This document shows, in pieces, positions 7,621 to 14,776 of a stretch of 41,994 nucleotides of DNA; position 1 is the stretch's first letter, and every line of letters begins with the position of its first letter. The DNA is from a virus. Its lineage: Duplodnaviria; Caudoviricetes. The position numbers and the translations under genes were made by a program. The stretch lies in IMG/VR virus record IMGVR_UViG_3300023283_000182, positions 1 through 41,994 of that record; one strand, written 5' to 3'. The notes under the pieces are model-generated. The model was not told where the DNA came from. It saw nothing but the letters and a program-made list of their open reading frames with translations, and did no database searches.

Positions 7621-8447
7621 GAGACGATTTCCTGCTCTTTGCAGAGAGACAACTCATCACCGGCGGGTTCGATGCGGTCCATCCGTTGTTCCTAGAGGCG
7701 ACCAGAGGGTGGACCAAGTCGGATCGTGCTTGGTTAACGATGCTCTATATGACGTACTATAACGATGCCTGCGCATGGTACGTCTTCCATCGGAGCGACC
7801 CGTGGACAGTACAGCAATGGCCGAGTCTCAAAATTGATACTAACCGGCGATGCCTTCGTGGCGGCGCGCATCAGGAACACCTTGAACATGTCTGCGAGGT
7901 GGGCTGGGATACGTTGATCTCAGGCTTCAGTGACGACCGGTGCGATAACTGGGCCTTGCTGGAACATCGCCTCGAACGGATCCGCTGGAATGGCGCGTGG
8001 GCATCTTATACGACTGCGGATATGCTCGGCCGCTTGTGCGGGCTGCCCATCGACGCGCCGGACATCGGGACAACCGGCAACCCGATCGATGGGTTTAAGT
8101 ACGCTACGGGCGAAGAGCCGGATCCCTGGAATTGTGCAGAGCTCCTGAGTCGCGTGGAACAGTGGGCTCCGGCATACATGGAACGCTGCGACATGCAAGC
8201 GCTCGAGAGTATATGCTGCGACTACTGGTCCTGGGTCAAGCGGCGGTTCTACGTCGGCAGGAGCATCGACCGGCAGCAACGGCGGATCGGGGATTTCGAG
8301 GAGGAACACGACGTTGACATGGGGACACTCTGGAAATCTCGCAGAAGAGCCTTCGATGAACGAACACTCGGAGAACTTAATGGGTGGTACGGAATTCAGA
8401 AAGACAGACTGGGATTGTACCCCCGATGTCCTTGGCGTCATGCGTAG
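7611..8447 (+). CDS. Amino acid:DNA transferase-like protein (aGPT-PPlase clade 2 family)
   Basis: F..F.....TGGFD.VHP, W...Y..YYN, NRRCLRG, GAWASY..ADM and LESICCDY...FYVGRSID resemble the family, though divergent. Confidence 0.7.
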   Translation: MVVRDDFLLFAERQLITGGFDAVHPLFLEATRGWTKSDRAWLTMLYMTYYNDACAWYVFHRSDPWTVQQWPSLKIDTNRRCLRGGAHQEHLEHVCEVGWDTLISGFSDDRCDNWALLEHRLERIRWNGAWASYTTADMLGRLCGLPIDAPDIGTTGNPIDGFKYATGEEPDPWNCAELLSRVEQWAPAYMERCDMQALESICCDYWSWVKRRFYVGRSIDRQQRRIGDFEEEHDVDMGTLWKSRRRAFDERTLGELNGWYGIQKDRLGLYPRCPWRHA

Positions 8448-9099
8448 GGCCGTCTTCGCACCCTACTTCGTGTTCCGTCACGTAGAAGTCAGCGTCCCGA
8501 ACGTCGTTGAAGTGAGAGGCGACGGCCCGGCGGAGCTCTTCCAGGCCATCATTGCGCACAAGCCGCGCACCCTGTTTTCTCTGGATTGCGTGAACACGAT
8601 TGCATTCCGCGCTTGTTTGCCGGACGATCTGAATCTCGTCTGGTTCGACAGCCATGGTGATTTTAATACTGAGGAAACGACGGAAACCGGTCACCTCGGC
8701 GGGATGGCGCTGGCGAAATTGACGGGCCGGGGCGATCAATTTCTCATGGAGCTTGCAAAAGCGAAGACGATCCCGGACGAAAACGTGCAGCTTGTCGGCG
8801 GTACTGTCCTGGATCCTCTCGAAGCCCGGGCTCTCCTGCAAAGCGGTATCCGCCACGGTATGTCCTGCAAGCAACCAGAGGGGTTCACTTGGGTTCACCT
8901 GGATACAGATATCGTCGCTGACTGGGAATGCGCGATGGATCACCCCAGCGCGGGGCTGCCCTTGCAGGAAATCGAGCGGCAGATCAAGGGTCTCCGATTC
9001 GACGCGATTTCATTTTCTCTGTGGAACCCTCGACGTGATCTCCATCACACTGTTGGTCAGCGGTTCTATGAGTTCCTTCTCGGAGCCGTGATGAGATGA
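8440..9099 (+). CDS. Arginase/ureohydrolase family protein (219 aa)
   Basis: Metal motifs WFDSHGDFNT and HLDTD, plus GHLGGMALA. The GGDH position reads SLDC. Start 8440 is inferred from the overlap with the upstream stop. Confidence 0.85.
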   Translation: MRRAVFAPYFVFRHVEVSVPNVVEVRGDGPAELFQAIIAHKPRTLFSLDCVNTIAFRACLPDDLNLVWFDSHGDFNTEETTETGHLGGMALAKLTGRGDQFLMELAKAKTIPDENVQLVGGTVLDPLEARALLQSGIRHGMSCKQPEGFTWVHLDTDIVADWECAMDHPSAGLPLQEIERQIKGLRFDAISFSLWNPRRDLHHTVGQRFYEFLLGAVMR

Positions 9100-9572
9100 A
9101 GACCCTGTATTCTCCTTACAACGATTTCATACTCCGCCGGGTGAAGCTGCGAGTGCCTCACCTGGATCTGCGGGATATGCTCCGATTGGATGCCCCGCCG
9201 ATCACGCGGTATTACGATACCGTCAGGGAAATCGATTTCGACGTTTTTCTCTGTCATGACCACCTATCAACGATGGGCGTCCTGGCATCCTTGCCGCCGG
9301 TAGCGACTGTTCAATGGATCGCCGATGAACCTAACTTTCCGCTGGAAGAGAACCGCATGATGGCGATCGCCGGCGCGACACCCGCGATTCCGAAGGTCGG
9401 CGATGTCGATTGGATTCACCTGGATCTTCTCAAGGTCTTGCGAAATCCGGCTAAACTTGCTACAATACGGAAGTTTCGGGTCTTGTCTGTACAACTCTGG
9501 GACTCGATGGACAAGCGTGATTACAACCGTGAACTTCAATCTCTATTGAAAGGACTAGGGCTATGGAAGTAA
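9096..9572 (+). CDS. Degenerate arginase-fold paralogue of the upstream gene
   Basis: Collinear similarity to 8440-9099 (PY...V.L.VP, DH..T....A.LP, W.HLD, F...S..LW), but DxHxD and DxD are lost. Confidence 0.65.
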   Translation: MKTLYSPYNDFILRRVKLRVPHLDLRDMLRLDAPPITRYYDTVREIDFDVFLCHDHLSTMGVLASLPPVATVQWIADEPNFPLEENRMMAIAGATPAIPKVGDVDWIHLDLLKVLRNPAKLATIRKFRVLSVQLWDSMDKRDYNRELQSLLKGLGLWK

Positions 9573-11782
9573 TTAAACGAGATGGCTCTCGCCAGCGCTA
9601 TGATTCCCGCAAGATCGAGCAAGCTGTGAAGAAGGCGGGCGGTGACGGGACAGCGGTCGCGAACGCCGCGCTGCGCGAAATCACCGGTAAGGATGAAGTC
9701 ACTGTTCAGGACCTTCACCGAATCGTTGAAAACCAGTTGATGAAGATTGATCCGGATTCGGCGCGGCGATACATCGAATACCGCAGTGAGCGTGACCGAG
9801 AACGTGCTGCAAGGCAGAAGCCGGACCCGGGTGCGATCTCCGGCTACATCCACGCGGCGAAATACGCCAAGTTCACCGGTACGCGGCGTGAAACATTCCT
9901 CGAGACCGTCGCGCGCAGCGAAAAAATGCACTCTGACCGCTGGCCAGAGCTTGCGGATGAGATCCATGCCGCCTTCGAGTTCGTCCGGCAGAAGAAGGTC
10001 CTCCCGTCCATGCGTTCGATGCAGTTTGCGGGGTACGCGATCGAGAGGCACAACGCGCGGATGTACAACTGTTCGTTCACGTTCGCGGATCGTCCGCGCG
10101 TCTTTGCCGAAATCTTCTACTTGTTGCTTTGCGGCTGTGGCGTCGGATTCTCCGTGCAGACTCACCACGTAGAAGCGATCCCGGAGCTCGTCCCTATCGA
10201 CCGATCCCGCGTTTATCACCATCACGTCGAAGATTCAATCGAAGGGTGGGCTGATGCCGTGGACCGGTTGTTCCATTCTGTCACGCAAGGCTACCACGTG
10301 GAATTCGATTATTCACAGATCCGTCCAGAGGGAGCGCCGCTTAACGCCGGAGGCAAAGCACCGGGTCATATTCCGTTGCGCGACTGTCTGGAAACGCTTC
10401 GTGAATTCTGGTCGCACCCCCGGAAGCTGCGACCCATTGAGGTCTGCGATTCCATCTGTCACATCGCTGAAGCGGTCCTTGCTGGCGGTATTCGTCGATC
10501 GTCGCTCATCTGTCTCTTCAGCCCTGAGGATTCAGAGATGATGGAGGCGAAGGCCCCAGCGAACTTTGAATGGACCGGAAAGAACAAGCAACGAGCGATG
10601 GCGAACAATTCCGCGGTCTTCGTCCGTGGGCGCTACGATCAAACGAAGTTCAAAGAAGTTGTCCGCCGGGCGCGGACAGAGTTTGAGCCCGGCTTCTTCC
10701 TTACGCCATCGACCGAATACGGAACGAATCCCTGTGGCGAAATCGGATTGGACCCCGTTCGGCTCGGCAGGACCGGTTTCGGGTTCTGCAACCTCACAGA
10801 AGTGAACGTCGCGGCTTGCCGCGACCACGCGGAGTTCTTTGGCGCATGCCGCGCCGCCGCGTTCATCGGGACGCTGCAAGCGGCGTACACAGATTTTAAG
10901 TACATCGAGACAGAGACCGCCTCACGGGATGCGTTGCTCGGTGTCAGCTTGACGGGCATTATGGACAACCCAGAGATCGGTCTATCCCCGGCGGCGCTGC
11001 AGCCGGCGGCTCGTATCTGTGTTGAAGAAAATCGCGTCATCGCCGAGCGCATTGGCATCCCTCCGGCGAGACGCATCACCTGTGTCAAACCTAGCGGCAC
11101 GGCGAGTCTCGAATTCGGCGGCGTCAGCTCGGGCATCCATCCGCAGCACGCGCGACGATTCTTCCGACGCGTGACTGCGAATAAAAACGAGCCCATCGCG
11201 AAGGCGTTTCGCGAGATCAATCCGCATATGGTTTTCGATAAAAGCCGCACGGACTGGTCCATTACCTTCCCCATCCAGGTCCCCGACGATGCAATCACCC
11301 TCAAAGATATCAGCGGGCAGGAGTTCATGGACGCGGTTGCTACCGTCTATGACCATTGGGTCAAACCCGGTACCCGGTTCGGGAAGCTCACGCACAATGT
11401 CTCGTGTACAGTTGCGCTTGAAGAAGACGAGGAATTCACCGTAGATGCCTCTCGGGTTGCTGCAATGTCATTCGCGCCGAAGGGGAATGACCGGCTCCCG
11501 TTCATGCCGCGCCAAGCCGTGGCGACAGAAGAAGACGAAGCGCTCTGGCGGCGGTTGATCCGCGAGTACACGCCCGTTCCCTACGACGAGCTCCAGGAGG
11601 ATGAAGACGGTACGGTACATGTTCTCGCTGCCGCTTGCGCCGGTGGGCAATGCGAAATCGAACACGCGTCATCTGCCTCGACAGCGGATGGCGGGCAATA
11701 CTTCAAGGACGTGCCTGAGGGATACACCGTCATAGCGAAGTTAGGAGATCTATCATGGGCTCGCCCCTCACCGAAAAGCTGA
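9563..11782 (+). CDS. nrdJ: Class II (cobalamin-dependent) ribonucleotide reductase with N-terminal ATP-cone
   Basis: VIKRDG ATP-cone start, PSMR, YNCSF, GCGVGF, GGIRRS, NPCGE, CNLTE, TCVKPSGT and C-terminal CAGGQC. No radical subunit gene nearby. Confidence 0.92.
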   Translation: MEVIKRDGSRQRYDSRKIEQAVKKAGGDGTAVANAALREITGKDEVTVQDLHRIVENQLMKIDPDSARRYIEYRSERDRERAARQKPDPGAISGYIHAAKYAKFTGTRRETFLETVARSEKMHSDRWPELADEIHAAFEFVRQKKVLPSMRSMQFAGYAIERHNARMYNCSFTFADRPRVFAEIFYLLLCGCGVGFSVQTHHVEAIPELVPIDRSRVYHHHVEDSIEGWADAVDRLFHSVTQGYHVEFDYSQIRPEGAPLNAGGKAPGHIPLRDCLETLREFWSHPRKLRPIEVCDSICHIAEAVLAGGIRRSSLICLFSPEDSEMMEAKAPANFEWTGKNKQRAMANNSAVFVRGRYDQTKFKEVVRRARTEFEPGFFLTPSTEYGTNPCGEIGLDPVRLGRTGFGFCNLTEVNVAACRDHAEFFGACRAAAFIGTLQAAYTDFKYIETETASRDALLGVSLTGIMDNPEIGLSPAALQPAARICVEENRVIAERIGIPPARRITCVKPSGTASLEFGGVSSGIHPQHARRFFRRVTANKNEPIAKAFREINPHMVFDKSRTDWSITFPIQVPDDAITLKDISGQEFMDAVATVYDHWVKPGTRFGKLTHNVSCTVALEEDEEFTVDASRVAAMSFAPKGNDRLPFMPRQAVATEEDEALWRRLIREYTPVPYDELQEDEDGTVHVLAAACAGGQCEIEHASSASTADGGQYFKDVPEGYTVIAKLGDLSWARPSPKS

Positions 11783-12123
11783 ACGAATTGCGTGATATCT
11801 GCGGACTTACAGCCGTAAGTGATACTCCGGGGAGCGCGATCTCTACACTCCTGCGGTTCCAGGCGGCGCAACGACCCTTCTGTGCTTACAGGGAGAAGGA
11901 TGGTCTGGCGGTAACAGTGCGCGCTCTCAACGCGCGCCATGCCGCATACGTCGCGGCGCTTTTGCATGGCGGTGAATGGGTAGCCCGTGATCACTTCATC
12001 ACTGTCGTGGACCAAGACGGGGTTCGGCATTACGGCGCTGCGGACTTTGTCGATTCTCGCGCCGCTGTAGTCGACGGAACCATCATCGTAAGCCCGAAAG
12101 AGGTGATCCTTGAATCTATCTGA
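11755..12123 (+). CDS. Hypothetical protein
   Basis: AGGAG SD; fills the gap and overlaps both neighbours. Confidence 0.65.
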   Translation: MGSPLTEKLNELRDICGLTAVSDTPGSAISTLLRFQAAQRPFCAYREKDGLAVTVRALNARHAAYVAALLHGGEWVARDHFITVVDQDGVRHYGAADFVDSRAAVVDGTIIVSPKEVILESI

Positions 12124-12742
12124 GGCGCGTGAAATTCTTGGCCCCGGTGATCCGAAGGAGGCTTACCGCCGTCGTGCAAAAGAGCTTCACCCGGATCGCG
12201 GTGGAAGCAACCGCGATATGGCTCGGCTAAATGAGGCGTACCGCGTTCTCACGAAAACGAAGACCGACACTCGCAGCTTCGAGCTTTTCGTGCGGACATG
12301 GGGCGCTGCTTACGGAGAATCGCTTATGACTGAGTCCCGTTTTCAAACCGTACTGAAGAAATTGCTTACTCAGGACACCGGCGCAGAAGTTCTGAACATC
12401 CACGGGCATGGGATGCAGGCACCAGGATGGCCTGATCTGCAAGTGTTCCACCCGAAATGGACCGGGTTTCTTGAACTAAAGGTCACTGCGAAACCAACGA
12501 AATTGCAGAAGGCGAGAATCGCGAAACTCATCAGGCGTGGTACTCCCGCGTTCTTCCTGCAACTCAGCGGAGAGGAGTTGATCCTGCGGGACAGTGATTT
12601 CACTGAACTATATCGCAGGGGGTGGGTGAAAGACGGAAAGAAGATTCTACAGTGGCTCGTCGATTGCACGAGGTCGGAGGCTGCAAAGCTCAGCCGATCT
12701 CTGTGGATCTACGGTTTGTCGGGCGGGACTGGTGGGACTTGA
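12110..12742 (+). CDS. DnaJ (J-domain) plus VRR-NUC/PD-(D/E)XK nuclease fusion
   Basis: AREILG...AYRRRAKELHPDRGG...LNEAY (HPD motif), then GWPDL...FLELK...TKLQ. GAGGTG SD precedes the TTG start. Confidence 0.8.
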   Translation: MNLSEAREILGPGDPKEAYRRRAKELHPDRGGSNRDMARLNEAYRVLTKTKTDTRSFELFVRTWGAAYGESLMTESRFQTVLKKLLTQDTGAEVLNIHGHGMQAPGWPDLQVFHPKWTGFLELKVTAKPTKLQKARIAKLIRRGTPAFFLQLSGEELILRDSDFTELYRRGWVKDGKKILQWLVDCTRSEAAKLSRSLWIYGLSGGTGGT

Positions 12743-13575
12743 GAGTCGTAGCGAACATGTTTGGGCGTATGAGACAAATCGCCCTTGCGTGACACCCCCT
12801 AATTGGAAAACTTTGGCGGTCCAAAGTCGATAGTGGTTTGATGCCGAAATGGGGGTGTCACGTAAGGGCGATTCGAGGAATTGGCTCAATAGGAACTTGT
12901 GTGAGAATCACGGCGGATAAACAGGCGTTAAAAGGAAATCCTGTGGTGGATGGCTCAGACGTTGTAAACCTCTTCAGACCGGCGGTTTGGGCAGGTCTTG
13001 AGAATCGAAGTAGTAGATGGTCAGGGCTGCAAGTTCAGGTCTTCGGGGTGGTTTGGGCGAGTCTTGAGAGTCGCAACAGAGGCGGCCGGGCGCGTGAGAC
13101 AAATCGCCCTTGCGTGACACCCCCTAATTGGAATCAAGGCCCTTCGACTTTGGCGGTCCAAAGTTATGCCGAAATGGGGGTGTCACGTAAGGGCGATCGG
13201 AATCAAGCGAGTCGTTTGTCGGTCGTGTGAGAATCACGGTCGGCGGTTTAGAGGGTATGTGAGAATCGAAACTGCAAGTAATTGGGAGTATGAGACAAAT
13301 CGCCCTTACGTGACACCCCCTAATTGGAAATGGGGATGTTCCACAGGCCCCTTATTCAATTCCGGGTTATATCGTGCGACTCCCCCGGGAGGAATCATTG
13401 CCATGGGATCTTGGGTTAGGAGATGAGAATGAGAGAATGAGAGGTCCTGTGAGAGGTAGCCCTTTTAGGGCTTGAATTGAGTAAGGGGCTGGTAGGAATC
13501 CCCCATTTCCAATTAGGGGGTGTCACGTAAGGGCGATTTGTCTCATGCGCTTTGGTAGTGTAAGTTGAGAATCAC
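12740..13575. repeat. Non-coding array of three inverted-repeat units plus short same-strand direct repeats
   Basis: TGAGACAAATCGCCCTT(G/A)CGTGACACCCCCTAATTGGAA at 12770, 13095 and 13291. Inverted partners lie at 12851-12873, 13176-13197 and 13501-13546, the last perfect over 46 bp with 13290-13335. Confidence 0.95.
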
Positions 13576-13595
13576 AGCTACAGAAAGGAAACACG

Positions 13596-14159
13596 ATGGC
13601 CGAGAAATCAGAACAGAACATCTTTGCAGAGGCACGGATCCGCTTAGACGAGATAGAGCGTATCTACGAGCAGAAGTGTGACTGGCAGGATCCCGAGGAT
13701 GTCGCGTTTTACAAACACGAGAGGCGGCTGAATGAGAGAATCGAGGTACTATCCAAGATCGCTCCTTCACGGGTCTGTCCCGGCTGTGGAGAATTTCGTG
13801 CGTCGCACCGATCGTGGGTCATTTCGCTCGACGGGAAGAAGGCGCTTTGCAGATCCTGTTTCTCACGAGCAGTCTATAAATCTACGACCGGTTTGCAGAT
13901 CGCGAGTCAGGCCGTGGTTTGTAGGAAAGAGATCTTCCCTGTCCGTGAGCTGAGGTATTGCATCGACCCGTTCTACCTATGCCAGATACGAGAAGAGCTA
14001 GGAATTTCGAGAAAAGAATTCGCCACGAGGTGTGGCTGGCACGTCAGTTATCAGCGAAAGCTCGAGTCCGGCATAATTAAAACAGTCGGATTGGACAATG
14101 CGGAGGTCTTGCTTCAGGCGATTCAAGAGCTCGGGGGTGAGACTCAAGATCTACTCTAG
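13596..14159 (+). CDS. Zn-ribbon plus XRE HTH transcriptional regulator
   Basis: CPGC...CRSC, then IREELGISRKEFATRCGWHVSYQRKLESG; AAAGGA SD. Confidence 0.8.
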   Translation: MAEKSEQNIFAEARIRLDEIERIYEQKCDWQDPEDVAFYKHERRLNERIEVLSKIAPSRVCPGCGEFRASHRSWVISLDGKKALCRSCFSRAVYKSTTGLQIASQAVVCRKEIFPVRELRYCIDPFYLCQIREELGISRKEFATRCGWHVSYQRKLESGIIKTVGLDNAEVLLQAIQELGGETQDLL

Positions 14160-14196
14160 GTGGGTTTTTTGAGATCCTCAAAATCGAATTCGAGTC

Positions 14197-14225
14197 TTGT
14201 CAAAGAGAATCGGTTCAACTATAAT
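14197..14225 (+). promoter_or_regulatory. sigma70-type promoter upstream of the packaging genes
   Basis: TTGTCA (14197-14202), 17-bp spacer, TATAAT (14220-14225). Confidence 0.75.
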
Positions 14226-14269
14226 GCTCAACCGTTGTGGTCGGAATTTGAGAACTTCGGTGAAAAGAA

Positions 14270-14776
14270 ATGGATCACTTCACAGGACAGCGAAATCCGT
14301 CTTCGTTCGGATCCCGTTCCGTTGTGAATCTTCTCACAGAGGAACAGCGGTTGAAGAAGCGGAGTGCCAAAGAAGCACTGAACCAGTATCTCGACGACTT
14401 CGTTATACCGATCGTCATGGAACGGCTATCCCAGCAGTGCAGCACTGCCACGATCTTTGAAGAGATTCGCCGTACGCTGAAGCTTGAGCGACCGCTGAGC
14501 CAAGCCTCGAAGAATTACATACTGTCGGAGTCGAGGAAACGACTGATCGCCGCGCTTGACAAAACGGTTGATGAAGTCAAGGGCGAAGCCATCGAGGTCT
14601 ATAACTCGATTATCCGCGACCCGGAGTCCAAGTCGCAGGATGTTATATCTGCGCAGCAACGCAAAGATAAGCTCCTCGGCCTTGAGCGAGCCCAGAAGAG
14701 GATCAGTGCCGCCGGGGTGCGAGGCTTGATGGAACAACTTGAGATAGCAGAGGTTGACGTTGAGACCGATGATTGA
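14270..14776 (+). CDS. Probable terminase small subunit
   Basis: Helical 168 aa protein overlapping the terL start, with a KDKLLGLE C-terminal pattern. Assigned mainly by position. Confidence 0.6.
   Translation: MDHFTGQRNPSSFGSRSVVNLLTEEQRLKKRSAKEALNQYLDDFVIPIVMERLSQQCSTATIFEEIRRTLKLERPLSQASKNYILSESRKRLIAALDKTVDEVKGEAIEVYNSIIRDPESKSQDVISAQQRKDKLLGLERAQKRISAAGVRGLMEQLEIAEVDVETDD

Noticed and set aside
12647-13426. ORFs 12647-12889, 12838-13230 and 13166-13426
   Set aside because: Their peptides just translate the DNA repeats (MPKWGCHVRAI, ETNRPCVTPPNW) and lack convincing SDs.
12770-13546. CRISPR array
   Set aside because: Repeats alternate in orientation, intervals are irregular and partly repeated, and no cas genes are present.
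13290-13546. MITE with 46-bp terminal inverted repeats
   Set aside because: No target-site duplication (flanks GGGAGT / GCGCTT), no transposase, and the related copies are local rather than dispersed. Not fully excluded.
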